Positions 1 to 12,890 of a DNA stretch of 64,000 bases are shown one piece after another. Position 1 is the stretch's first letter; each line of letters starts with the position of its first letter. The translations under genes were made by a program, and so were the position numbers. The notes below the pieces were generated by a model, which was not told the origin of the DNA, made no database searches, and saw only the letters and a list, made by a program, of their open reading frames with translations. Origin of the DNA: Stegostoma tigrinum (lineage: Eukaryota); assembly GCF_030684315.1 (NCBI RefSeq), contig NC_081369.1, positions 9,276,035 to 9,340,034 of the forward strand, written 5' to 3'.

Positions 1-97
1 AAATATTTAGAGAACTTGCCATGGTTAAATGTGGATGAATGAAATTCTACATCAACAGGAATCATGAAAGAGTGAGATAACTTTTCTTGCTCTTGAC

Positions 98-2232
98 TAT
101 TTTAAAGATTTAGGGAGCATAGGATGGGGAAGGAAACTGCAGGGGATGGGCACATTAGAAATGTGGAGCTTATTCAAGGAAAAGCTCCTGTGTGTCCTAG
201 ATAAGTATGTACCTGTCAGGCAGGGAAGAAGCTGTAGAGTGCGGGAGCCGTGGTTTACGAAGGAGGTGGAATCTCTCTTCAAGAGGAAGAAGAAGACTTA
301 TGTTAGGATGAGATGTGAAGGCTCAGTTAGGGCACTTGAGGGCTACGAGGTAGCCAGGAAAGACACAAAGAGAGAGCTCAGAAGAGCCAGGAGGAGACAT
401 GAAAAGTTGTTGGCGGATAGAATCAGGGTAAACCCTAAGGCTTTCTATAGGTATTTAAGGAGTAAAAGAATGACGAAAGTAAGATTAGGCCCAATCAAGG
501 ATAGTAGTGGTAAGTTGTGTGTGGAGTCAGATGAGATAGGGGAAGCGCTAAATGAATATTTTTCAACAGTATTCACTCTAGAAAATGAAAATGTTGTCGA
601 GGAGTATATTGAGATACAGGCTACTAGACTAGGTGGGATTGAGGTTCACAAGGAAGAGGTATTAGAAATCCTACAGAGAGTGAAGATAGATAAGTCCCCT
701 GGGCCGGATGGGATTTATCCTCGGATCCTCTGGGAAGCCAGGGAGGAGATTGCTGAGCCTTTGGCATTGATCTTTAACTCGTCATTGCCTACAGGAATAG
801 TGTCAGATGACTGGAGGATAGCAAATGTGGTTCCCCTGTTCAAGAAAGGGAGTAGAGACCACCCTGGTAATTATAGACCAGTGAGCCTTATCTCAGTTGT
901 TGTAAAGTGTTGGAAAAGGTTATAAGGGATAGGATTTATAATCATCTAGAAAAGAATAAATTGATTAGGTATAGTCAGCACGGTTTTGCGAAGGGAAGGT
1001 CGTGCCTCACAAACCTTATTGAGTTCTTTGAGAAGGTGACCAAACAGGCAGATGAGAGTAAACCGGTTGATGTGGTGTATATGGATTTGGGCAAGGCGTT
1101 CGATAAGGTTCCCCACAATAGGCTATTGTACAAAATGCGGAGGAATGGATTTGTGGGTGATATAGCAGTTTGGATCGGAAATTGGGTTGCTGAAAGAAGA
1201 CAGTGGGTGGTCGTTGATGGGAAATGTTCATCCTGGAGAGCAGTTACTAGTGGTGTACCGCAAGGGTCAGTGTTGGGTCCACTGCTGTTTGTCATTTTTA
1301 TAAATGACCTGGATGAGGGCGTAGAAGGATGGGTTAGTAAATTTGCAGATGACGCTAAGGTCGGTGGAGTTGTGGATAGTGACGAAGGATGCTATAGGTT
1401 GCAGAGAGACATGGATAAGCTGCAGAGCTGGGCTGAGAGGTGGCAAATGGAGTTTAATGCAGACAAATGTGAGGTGATGCACTTTGGTAGGAGTAACCGG
1501 AAGGCAAATTACAGGGCTAATGGTAAGATTCTTAGTAGTGTAGATGAGCAGAGAGATCTCGGATGTCCATGTACACATATCCTTGAAAGTTGCCACCCAG
1601 GTTGACAGGGCTGTTAAGAAGGCATACAGTGTTTTAGCTTTTATTAATAGAGGGATCGAGTTCCGGAACCAAGAGGTTATGGTGAAGCTGTGCAAAACTC
1701 TGGTGCGGCCGCACTTGGAGTATTGTACACAGTTCTGGTCACTGCATTATAAGAAGGATGTGGAAGCTTTGGAAAGGGTGCAGAGGAGATTTACTAAGAT
1801 GTTGCCTGGTATGGAGGGAAGGTCTTACGAGGAAAGGCTGAGGGACTTGAGGCTGTTTTCATTAGAGAGAAGAAGGTTGAGAGGTGACTTAGTTGAAACA
1901 TATAAAATAATCAGAGGGTTAGATAGGGTGGATAGGGAGAGCCTTTTTCCTGGGATGGTTACGGCGAACACAAGGGGGCATAGCTTTAAATTGAGGGGTG
2001 AAAGGTATAGGACAGATGTCAGAGGTAGTTTCTTTACTCAGAGATTAGTAAGGAAATGGAATGCTTTGCCTGCAACGGTAGTAGATTCGCTAACTTTAGG
2101 TACATTTAAGGCGTCATTGGATAAGCATATGGACGTATATGGAATAGTGTAGGTTAGATGGGCTTGAGATTGGTATGAAAGGTCGGCACAACATCGAGGG
2201 CCGAAGGGCCTGTACTGTGCTGTAATGTTCTA
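98..2232 (+). mobile_element. 5'-truncated CR1-clade LINE (shark HER1-like), ORF2 reverse transcriptase, relatively young
   Basis: Three overlapping ORFs (146-925, 907-1605, 1544-2152) join across two frameshifts into CR1 ORF2, with motifs KSPGPDGIYP, GNYRPVSL, QHGF, GVPQGSVLGP, KFADD, RPHLEYC and TRGH. 3' tail gggccgaagggcctgtactgtgctgtaatgttcta; ctatttt occurs at both ends (possible TSD). Confidence 0.95.
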
Positions 2233-2431
2233 TTTTGCAATATGTTGACACTAATTCGGTCCATATTAAACCATTCATTTTAATGATATGATTTGAACCA
2301 TATGCTCACTTTGTAAAGAAATTGAAACCTCTACGGAGAAAAAGATGCATAAATTTACAGTCAATGGTTTTTCTGTTTGTTTGAGCTTTGTTCGTTCATG
2401 AGTATTATATCATTTCACATTCAAGCATTCT

Positions 2432-2487
2432 TTGTGGGCTGAAGGGCCTGTTCTGTGCTGTACTGTTCTATGTTCTCTATGTTCTAT
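2432..2487 (+). mobile_element. CR1/HE1 3'-tail fragment
   Basis: gggctgaagggcctgttctgtgctgtactgttctatgttct matches the tail at 2200-2232. Confidence 0.75.
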
Positions 2488-3339
2488 ATCATGCCTGGAG
2501 AACTCAGCTATAAGGATCTGATGTATCATGATGTGTATGCATTATTTTGTAAGATTTGCATTGCAATAAATCTTGGACACACTGACTGTATTTGCTAGCC
2601 ATTCGCACAATTACTTAATTCGATACAGAATCTAAAATCACACTGGGTTTTGATGTCATTTTCTCGGAGAAGCCATGCTTTCATCTGACTTCAGTCAAGT
2701 TTTCCTCAAACTGAATCCAGCAGCTTTTAATCATTTAAAAAAAGGACAATGGTCTGCAACAGCTGATGGCCCATTGTTTTCAATATCCAGTGGTAAACTC
2801 CCAATGTCTAAAAAATCATGAGTGCTCCAGACGTTGTTAAACTTTCCTGTTCAGTATAACTCAGGAAGCCCGACTGGAAAGGATCATTGTATTTTGTTGA
2901 ATATTAAAGACGAGCCGATGCTTGGGATATGCAGAGACTACTGCCAAGCCAGAACAGACAATTCTGCAGATGCATTCTGAATCTGCTTCTTTTTTTTCCT
3001 AAAAGAAAGATTAACCTGCTTTTGTAAGCAACATGTTCAGAGATGTTTGTATGCAGCTCGGGAGTAGGTGGGACAAAAAGTTGTGTCTTCTGGTCCAGCA
3101 ATAGGGACATTACCACTGTTCCACCAGAGGGTTCTTCCGTGTCTTTTAAAAAATCTAAATGTCATGCAACAACCATACACCATGAGACAAAAGTAAAACA
3201 CTGATGCCGAAAATCTGAATTAAGCACAAAGAATGTTGGAGAAGCTCAGTGGCTCTGTTGATTTTTCAGTCCATGTGATATATCCCCATTGCTGTGAGGG
3301 AGGTTGTTTTAGCATTCCAGATAACATTTGAATTCATAC

Positions 3340-4325
3340 CTAACAAAGGGTTAATCAAAATGTAAGACCCGTGATGTTGCAGATAGTATATTGGTATGGA
3401 TGGAAAATTGGCTCAAGGGTTGCCAACAGTGATTGGGGAGCAGGTGTTCTATTTCAGGATGTCAACTTGTAATCAGTGGGGCTCTACAAGGATCAGTGCT
3501 AGGACCAAGACTGTTTACAATACATGTTAATAACTTAGAAGAATGAATTGAATACATTGCAACCACATTTTCAGACAACAGAAAAATGGGTAGAACAGGA
3601 GATGATATTGGAATCATCTAGGCCTGAAACATCAGCTTTTCTGCTCCTCTGGTGCTGCTTGGCCTGCTGTGTTCATTCAGCTCTACACCTCATTATCTCA
3701 AGATCATCAGGTAAATAAGTGGGAAAATTCTTGCAAGTAGAGTGTGAAATCAGAAAATGTGAAGCTTTTCATTTTAAAAGGGAGAACAAAAGAACAGATA
3801 ATTCCTCAAGGTGGAACAAAAGGCTCCAAGATGCAGGGATTGGAGGTTACCTGTGCAAAAAACACAGAAAGCAAGTACACAGGTGCAGCAGGTAATTTGG
3901 AAAGTTAATGGAACATTGACCCTTATTCCAAGGGAGTTTGAATATGAGCGTTAGGAAATCTGAATGCAACTGTCCAAGGTGATGATGAGACAATATCTGA
4001 AGTGTTATGAGCGGTGTTGTCTATATATAAAAGGAAAAATATAGTTTCATTGAGGCTAGTTCCGTGAAGGTCCTCTAGGAATATCCCTGTTATAGAGATA
4101 ATGTCTTATGAGCAACCACTAATACAGATTAGGAGTCTATTCACTGCAGTTTGGAAGAATAAGAGATCATCTCATTGAAACACCTAGGACTCTTAAAGGG
4201 CTCGACAGGATCGATTCAGAGATGTTTCTCCTCCTGCGAGAGTCTACATGCAGAGTACTTAGTCTCAGAATAAAGGGGAACAAATTTTAGGGTCAGATAG
4301 GAGGAATTTCTTCTCTCAGAATGTT
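3340..4325 (+). mobile_element. Old, heavily decayed CR1 LINE ORF2 fragment, interrupted by a Penelope-terminal fragment (3619-3700)
   Basis: Degenerate GVPQGSVLGP (caaggatcagtgctaggacc) and 3' 'aggaatttcttctctcaga' signatures; many stops. Confidence 0.7.
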
Positions 4326-5335
4326 GACAGAGCTCCTTTGCTCATCATTTGTTAAAAAATAGTAAACTGAGTCCAGTCCATGTGACAAGAAATTTAAAGA
4401 CTATTAGTAATTACTTCTGGTCATATTGGACATGTGCCAACTGTTCCTTCTAAGTCTCTGGGTCAAACTCCTGGGTCAACTTACAAAATGGAGGACTGCA
4501 GCTTTTCAAGAAGTCAGCTCACCACTGCCTTTTCAAGGGGACCTGGGGACAAGCAAGAAATACTGACCAGCCAGCAGTGCCCATATAATAAAAATGAGAA
4601 ACAAAGTTTGCCATCCCAGATTTTTATTTTATATCAAATTCAAATTTCACCATCAGTCATGACAGAATTCAAATCCGGGTCCATGGCTCATTATCTGATT
4701 TTATGGGTTAATAGTCTAGTGATAATACTACAAAACCAATATCTCCCCAGTGGGTTGCCTGTTCCACCTATCTCCATCCTGCCTCGTCATGTTCTTGTTA
4801 TTGTAAACTGAGACCAAAGGGCTAAATAACATCAATTTTCACAGTGGGCTCCTTGGCTAATTTCATGATCTTGCATATGCACTAATCAATTTTAAACATA
4901 AGGCCTCCAATCTACAATAAAGTGATGCTGTGCCCATTTTGTCCAAGTAGTTTTCCAATGATACTTGTGATAACCTACTGTTGTTTCTTTGTGAGGAGGC
5001 GTTTGTCGGTTATAGATGGCGAAGGATCTTGTCTGAAAACATTGGGCTAGGATTCACTTACAATGCATAGCAATCATCCTACAGTCCTCCGTCATAGTTG
5101 CGTTTGGTGTTGGTGTTAGTGGTGGATCAATCTGTTTCCCAGAGCCCACCTTAAGCAATTCTGTGCTTTCTTCTCATTCTTGCAGACCCTTGTTTTGACT
5201 CTTGTGCCCTTACTTTCTGCTTCATTTCCTGCCCATCAACCAATAATCTGCTCAATTTGTGGCCTAATTCCTTGCAGTTTCGACACTTCAGGTGATGTTT
5301 CTCCTTCTTGTCTTATTCCATAATATTGGATATGC

Positions 5336-5760
5336 AGTCATAGAGTCATATGACAAAAGAGGCCCCTTGGCTGATCGATCTATTTACACTATTGCCGCTT
5401 CAGAGCATTTGGTCCATAGTCTTAAATGTTATGATTTCAAACAGTTATTGAAATACTTTTTAAATGTTGTTTTACCAACTCAAAAGGTTTACCAACTCAA
5501 CTACCCTCCTGGACAGTGGAATCCACAATCCTATCATCCTCTGGTTGAAATTAGTTTCTCCTCAAATGCCACTAAATCCCCCCTTCCTTTTCATTTAAAA
5601 TTATTGCCTCTCCTAACAGAATCTTTCACGAAGAGGAATGCCTGTTTCCTATGCACCCTGTTAATGCCTCTCATAATCTTATACACCTCTGTCAGCAATT
5701 ACCACTATCACCACCACCAGCCCGGATACTGCTGCTCTAACTTAAACAAGACGAGCCTGT
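5336..5760 (-). mobile_element. Decayed CR1 LINE 3' fragment
   Basis: Reverse complement resembles the CR1 ORF2 C-terminus and tail (ctcataatcttatacacctct). This explains the spurious ORF 5292-5807. Confidence 0.65.
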
Positions 5761-6926
5761 TGCAGGGAGAAATAGCGAAGAGTATTCTTGAGATCTGTGT
5801 TCCATAATACAAGCAATTTTTATCTTGTGCGCTTTTGCTACATATGTGGAAGAGGCCAGCGACGAATTTGAAGCTGACTTTCACATGGTACCCAGATGCC
5901 TTCTTAATACAGCCTAGATTGGAAGAGATGTCAATGATGGCCTAGGTTCCAAAACTGAATAGAACAATATTATACGTTTTGTGTTACAATAATCACACAC
6001 GAAATTGATGTCATTGTTAGCCACATCTTCATAATATGAGCATCCAATCTAGTAAACATATGATGAATGATGGATAATTGTATGGAGTCCCACATTCATT
6101 ACCAATAACCTAAATATTTGTTTATCATTAAGAACTTTTCCAAATTTTGTATGAACTTCAGTGTGGCAGACTAGGAACGCCATTAATTTCTAGCATATAT
6201 AACAAAATGTTTGAAATCAATAGTAGTATAAATTTTCTACAATTTTGTGGCACAGATGACAAATTGAGAACAACTTTTCTCTGATTTGAGACGGGGGGGG
6301 GGCGGTCAAGCAAACAGTCCTTCTGACTTGCAGCTGAAGTTTATAACTCCTGCTGTTTGTGTGCTGTAAGTGACTTTTTAAAAAAGTTTCATTTTAAGAT
6401 ACATCTTTACTTTTTCTACACTGAATACTTCCCATTACTAATTATCTTTTCTTAATAGAAAGCATGCATATGAATTCCACTGATGAGGGTGAAATTCAAT
6501 CACTATACAGCTTTAAAAAGCTATTGTATGAAACTTGTTTAGATTGCACAAATAACTAGGGCAGATAACCATATGTTGCTCTGTATTTTGCAATTAAGTC
6601 TCACATGTTTGTTTCTCCTCTGTCGTCACCTCTCTTCTTACAACATTTCTCTGCCCTCCTTCTATGTCAATGGTCACTTGGAGATCATGTTTACACCATT
6701 TATTACTTTTCTCTAATAATGTTATAGGCCTCTTTAGTGCCTACAAACTTGATTACACTAATTTGTTGTTGCATTTCTAATTCTAAAATTACCTTAAAAG
6801 CTCAGAATACTTCAGCATCAACATTTTCCTTTCATTGTTTACAAAATCATAAGTTCAGGACTGTGGTTTAACTGGGTCTTTCAAAAATGCCCCTTACTAA
6901 AATGATTATGTGTTTAGAACTGGTAT

Positions 6927-7513
6927 AGTGATAGTAGGAACTGCTAATGCTGGAGAATCTGAGACAACATGGTGTGAAGCTGGATGAACACAGCAGGCCA
7001 AGCTGTCCAGTTTTGGTCGCCTCATTGCAGGAAAGATGTGGAAGAGGTGTAGAGGAGATTTACCAGGATGTTGCCTGGAATGGAGGGAAGATCTTAAGAG
7101 GAAAGGTTGAGAGAGCTAGGGCTGTTCTCTTTAGAATGGCAAAGGATGAGAGGGGGCTTCATAGAGGTGTACAAAATGATCAAAGGTGTAGATAGTATGG
7201 ACAGCCAGAGGCTTTTTCCTAAGATGGAGGTAGCTATTATGAGGGGCATTGTTTTAAAGTGAGCGGAGGTAGATATAGGGGAGATGTCAAAAGTAGGTTC
7301 TTTATTCAGAGAGTGGTAGGGCTGTGGAATGCATTGCCGGAGAGGGTAGTGGAGTTGGCCTCATTAGGGCATTTAAGCAGCTATTAGACAGGCATATGGA
7401 TGATAGTATATGGTAGAGGTGGAGGTTAGCTAGACCTTAGGTTTAGGATAAAACTTCGGCACAACATTGTGGGCTGAAGGGCCGGTACTGTGCTGTACTG
7501 TTCTATGTTCTAT
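6927..7513 (+). mobile_element. Penelope-terminal fragment (6927-7003) fused to a CR1 3' fragment (7004-7513)
   Basis: gtgaagctggatgaacacagcaggccaag is followed directly by the CR1 ORF2 C-terminus and tail, similar to 1720-2232. Confidence 0.85.
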
Positions 7514-10500
7514 GGACCACACTGGTGCTGTAAACTGAACTCCTCATTCAAAACATTGTTTTTCTTTCAGATTTCCACCACCATAGTTCTTTGAGTTATT
7601 TTTGTGTTTACGCACCTTCAAAATGTTTATAAGGAATCATCACCTCTCTCCTGGTTGGTAGTACAAATGAAATTTCATTTGGTAGTGACTGTTCTCCTTG
7701 ACAATCATATCGGCTTCAGCTTTCTTTTGTATTGTGCCAAATACAACAAACCAATGACTGCTGGTTCTATGAGCCTCCTTTGCATTTACTCTGAAATTGT
7801 CTTTTGTTTTATTTTTAATCTCCGAGACATTGACCAGTTCTGCAGCAACTGTGTTTAGCCTGGCTGCGATTGGGGGCGTATCTCTTCCTAAAGTGTCTGG
7901 GAATCTTTACCCCAACTCTCACATACATGTCATGGAGATTATACATGTATTAATCTTCCATTACCTCAAGTTTATTCCAGAAATCCATATTTAATTTTTA
8001 AGAGTTGAATTGGCGAGCATTCCCATCGCCATCTGTTCCTCAACCAGTGTGAAGGGGGTGGATTCCACCGTTGACTGGCATTAATTACCCCGTTTATATG
8101 TCATTCCTTCTTGTAACATGAGGTGCACATCTGTTAGTGTGTTTGCTTCAGAGAGGCTATAGGAACTACCACATCATTGTTTGATGCTTGCTCCAAATCA
8201 TCACAACATATGTTGTACTCTGTTGTTTATTTTTCTAAAACTTCTACGGCTCAAGTCTTTTTTTTATCAGCAGGCAACAGCAAGATGAGTCACTGTCTTG
8301 TAGTCTTTATAGCACTCATTACATTTTGTCTCATCTCAATTTGATTTTGTCATTTGTTTGATGGATTTTAAGCAGATAGTAATACTTAAAATATTCATAT
8401 CACGCACTTCTGTCCCCTTTTGTCATTTTGAGTTTCTCAATATTCATTCAATTGAACTGGAGATCTTCTGGGCTTTGTTCTCCCTTTTTCAACTGATTTA
8501 TTTGTGTTTTGTTAATGTTGATCTATTATAGATCTGTTTCATGACTCCTAAAGTGATCATACACTATCAATGGTGCTGAACAAAGTTATTTGTCATTGGC
8601 TTGTGCTCATTAACCTTTGGCCACTGTCTCTCCATATGTTTCAATTTCACCCATTTTGCGGGAAGATTTTGCCCAATTTTGAAAACTACTGGCTGCCAAC
8701 TGCACAGATTCTGCATTCTCAGTTCCAGCCAACTCACAGGTTAATGGCTTTTGCAATCTGGGTCACATAATTCCTGATTTACACCTTAACTACATGTGGT
8801 AAAATAACCTGGCTGGTGTCTCCTGCAGTTAGTCTATCAGTTGCCTCAGGGACCTTGCTCATAGTGACAATTGTTGGGAATCTCAAGATACTCTGCAGGA
8901 GTCACTTTTAAATACAAGCAAGAAGCATTTTATTATTTGTGGAATGTATACATTACAGGAACTCTCAAATTTCTCTGAGAGGCATCTCAAGAACTTAACT
9001 CATTTCTAGTGCTTTTTGACCACGCCATGTAAGATTACCCAATGGACCATGATAAACTATATTACCTCGTTCTGACCAGTGCTTAATGTAATCCTAAACC
9101 AGTCACACAGGTAGCATACTGCAGAAGAGAACACAATTGCATGATTTGAGTGATCGTAGGTGTTCAGCATCATTTACCATGACTTTCCAGTGACTAACCC
9201 AGGTTTGTGATTCAATCTCTAGGTGACAGCAGTGATTTGACAATAGATGCATTAGCCAGATGAGAGGAGTGGATTGATGCGCCACAGACTCTAGAAGTTG
9301 GTTGTAACATCCCTGAGCATTTTAATGAAAATAATAATAATAACAGATAGCTGCCCCTAGTGATCTTGACATGTAACAAGGAAGAGGAAGGTGCAGTGAT
9401 TATGTCATTAAACTGAAATTTTTGAGGCTCTGTTGGTGTGGTTCAAATCTAACCAGAGCAGTTGGTAGAGTTTGAAATAACTAAAAATAAACAGGACTAA
9501 CGTGGTTCCCTGGATTTAAGTCATCCTTGTTCAACAGGCTTGTAATGGCCTTTCTAAAAATTGGTTAGGAAGTATTTAAGATTTCACCTCAGTGACTGAC
9601 GATAATGGACAACAAACAAAAGTCTTTGCTGAGAGGCAGTTTCCTAAGGAGATCTGAATCCTTGAACTACCAATGAATCTACCCAAGCTGATTGGCAAGA
9701 ACTATATGACAATTGAAAGAAAAACTTCTTTGTTAACACTTTGCCAGGCACCTGGAAACAGACTTTAAAGGAAGGTTTCGGTGATACGTGATAACAGCAA
9801 TTCGGGACTGGGGTCTGAGGGTGAATGTTCATCATTGGACGAGAATTGTTTCCAATTTAGGTTCAACCAATCATTTCCATTTCCTCCCTTGGCATATTGT
9901 TTCCTGAACTTCAGGTGAGCTACAATGGAAGGTGATGTGGTGAACTCAGCCACTCAGGTTCAAAATGTAATCCTGAGGTGTGGCTGTACAGCCAAACTAG
10001 CGTGTCCACATCTTCAATTCCAGGAAATAAAAGTCAGTATGAAATCTCTTGGGCTGCCATATGAGGCAGACCAGACTTGGCTTTGACCACCCAGTTGGGG
10101 CGAGATATGTCTGTTTACAGTTTTAAGTCCGACACTGGAAATAAATTGTACCTTGGGCTAAATGGGTTAAAAATGCAGAAGTTAATGCTTGAGTTTTCAT
10201 GGATACATGCTATACCAAGCTTGCTGGATTTTTAGAACAATTTAGGGCTAATACCCTGTTAGGTTGTGGGTCATCAAAATAAAGCTGGGAGAGGAAAAGT
10301 GCTCATCTCGGGGGGAGTAGTTCTCCTGATAATAACAGATATCAGGTTCGATTCAGTATCACTTCATTAATCTCAGTCTTGAAATACAACTCAGTGATTC
10401 AAGGAGATGCTAAGGGATTGGATTTTTATTTGAAAGTATGAAGAAAATAATGAAGAATCAAAAGCCAGGTTTAACTTACTTTTTCGGAAAGAAGCGTTTG

Positions 10501-11471
10501 AGGAACAGAGCACTGAGATGTAGTTGTGGGCCATTAATTGATTTTACAAGAAATGTACGTGCATTTGAGAAAATACCAACTTTTTGAGATGTCTGTTGAA
10601 GCTTTCTGAAGTGTTTCCTTTATTTCAATCCCTGCATTCATGTTACATTAGTCGCATTAGTTATCCCACAACAGCCAGTGCCTTGAAAGCTTCCACTGTT
10701 TTTGCCCTGGTAACATTGCATCCATCTCATCTACTCTTGATTCCTAATCAATGTGACATAGATGGCCTTTTCAGTGCCTCCTTGTTATCTATTTTATTTA
10801 ACTAAAATGCACGAAATACCAACCATTTCATTATGAGTAGAGCAGTGCTCTCTTGGTGATAATATTTGCAAAGTACCAATAAGCCGTGCTAACTTCTTCA
10901 ATTGTTCAATCCACTGTTTGGATCGTAATTCATCAGAATCAATCATCCACCAGCCCTTTAGTCATTGTATTTCAACAGTATCTTTTTGGACTGCCTTTTC
11001 ACCTTTCAGTCTCTCTTTTGGTTTCTTTAATCTGTTTTGTTAATTTAACGTAATCTAACATATTTGGGCCTGATTCTTCATTCTGTTAACCACTTGGCTT
11101 CTGTCACATGTTGCTCCATCTGGCTGCTGACAAAGACTCTGGGCCAAGAATTAATAGTGGCATCTAATTGCTTAGTATTCTGAACTTGTCTGCATCATTT
11201 GACATGCTCAACAAAACAGTCATCCATCAATTGTCCTGTGTCACACTCAAAGTGGTTGCACAAATGTGACTTATCAGCAAACAATTCCTTAGCATTTAAA
11301 ATTTAACACTGGCCCACTCCCTTAATGGCTGCTCTATTGTACACTTTTACCTTGCTAGTCATCTTCCTCACACAGCCCCATTTTTGGTTCGAGGAGAAGG
11401 GAGGGTGGGAAGCATCAATGTACTGTTTCAGTTTTAAACACATCTTGATATCAGGTTCTCTCAGACATGCA

Positions 11472-11760
11472 GTACAGTCATGATGACTGTGGCAATGTCT
11501 GCCAGAATTCTACTGTGATGACTCTCAGCTACCCTCTGATTCACTGTGCTTCTTTGCTGGGTCATGCGGTTTGTCCTGTGGAGGTCTCCTGTGTGGTCAT
11601 GATGACTGTGCTGATGTGTCCCCGAATTCCACCATGATGACTCTCAGCTGCTCTCTGATTTGCTGCCCTTCTTCTTCATCTGGCAGAGGGTGTCCTGCAG
11701 ATGTCTACTAAGCAGTCATGATGACTGTGGGGGTGTCTCCCTGACTTCCAATGTGATGAC
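11472..11760 (+). repeat. 119-bp tandem repeat (~2.4 units) with C/D-box snoRNA-like architecture
   Basis: gtcATGATGActgtg recurs at 11477, 11596 and 11715. Each unit reads ATGATGA-16nt-C(A/C/T)GA-8nt-RTGATGA-14nt-CTGA; the third unit is cut by a CR1 fragment. Confidence 0.85.
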
Positions 11761-11769
11761 TGTTTGTCA

Positions 11770-11935
11770 CGCCTCCACAGCCTGCTGTGGCAATGATTCC
11801 ATACATTCTCCTTTCTCTGGATGAAGAAGTCGTGCCTTAATTCCTTTCTAAAGGACTTTTCTCTAAGGCTGTGTCCTCGGGTCCTAGTCTCTCTTGCCTT
11901 CCGGAGCATCTTCTCATTGTCCAGACTGTCCACGC
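11770..11935 (-). mobile_element. CR1 3' fragment
   Basis: The minus ORF contains TRTRGHSL..FRKELRHDFFIQR..NVWN, typical of the CR1 ORF2 end. Confidence 0.8.
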
Positions 11936-12776
11936 ATAACTCACAGCAGACTCCAGCTGCTGTCACACATATGGCCCCTGAGATATGAAGCTAACAGTGC
12001 AGAGGCGAGCCAGCTCTTGATTAAATTATGTAGAATCACAGTGTAAACATTGTAACTGTTACTATTCAGGAAGATTGTTCTCTGAAATCCTCTTGGAAAC
12101 ATCGAGACAAATATTAAAACTAACCTGATTTCTTGTGAATACTTTATATCACCAACGATTGGAAATTCTCTACAAACATTCTTTCTTTTGTATTCCATTG
12201 GTTTTACACAAGAAATTAATTGCAAAGAAACTCCATAAATTCGATCAAAATGTATGTATCTGCACCTGCTTATCATTGATACTTATCTGTCTTGTTTTTG
12301 TGACCACTGCCTGCCATCTTTGCACCCAGGCTATTATAATAAGTTGATATCCTTATGCCTGCACACAGATGTCTCCCAGTGTAGAGTCCAATCTAAAAAG
12401 CAAAACATCACACAAGCAGAGAAGGAATGCTTGAGAATATGATGCCTCTCATTTTCAGAAAATTACAATAACACATTTGTTTTAAAAAAGTGAAAACAAT
12501 GGATTAAGCCACCTGGTTACATAGAATCTGCAATACTGCCATTCAATTTTCAATAGTAATTTTATGAGATTGCCTAACTAGCAATCCCTTTCATAGATTC
12601 TGAACGTGTGTCTCTTTTATGAAGACCTTACATTGAATATTACCTCAAGTATGTTTTTCCATCCGGTTTTATGGCAATTTCAACAGACATACTGAAAACC
12701 CCAATTTAGCTAATCAATGTTGCAATATTTTTCAGGCAACACTCACCATAATGCAATCATTCTTTCACTCTTGTAG

Positions 12777-12890
12777 CTAGTGTAGGAATACTACTTCACT
12801 TTGGGACTATTGGGAGTGTGGCCACTGGACTAATGTTCCTGGCACTCATGATCAATGCTGAAACGTGGTCTCAACTGATGAATAACAATG
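12777..12890 (+). pseudogene. Orphan transmembrane exon remnant of a probable upstream IgSF receptor paralog
   Basis: Acceptor ctttcactcttgtag; phase-1 reading (A)SVGILLHFGTIGSVATGLMFLALMINAETWSQLMNNN; 114 nt, matching TM exons at 26570 (113) and 54220 (115); donor degenerate (G|ttaagt). Confidence 0.45.

Noticed and set aside
975-1695. Minus-strand ORFs over the CR1 element
   Set aside because: Antisense shadows of the LINE ORF2.
5292-5807. 171-aa ORF with a hydrophobic N-terminus
   Set aside because: Overlaps an antisense CR1 3' fragment; no domain motifs.
8300-11350. Long region without recognised repeats, searched for the missing V/C1 exons of the upstream relic
   Set aside because: No Ig motifs found by eye in the frames examined; left unannotated.
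11472-11760. CRISPR or TIGR-Tas interpretation of the tandem array
   Set aside because: Vertebrate context, no Cas or Nop-domain gene nearby, and the variable segments are homologous to each other rather than unique spacers. Kept only as a C/D-box-like array.
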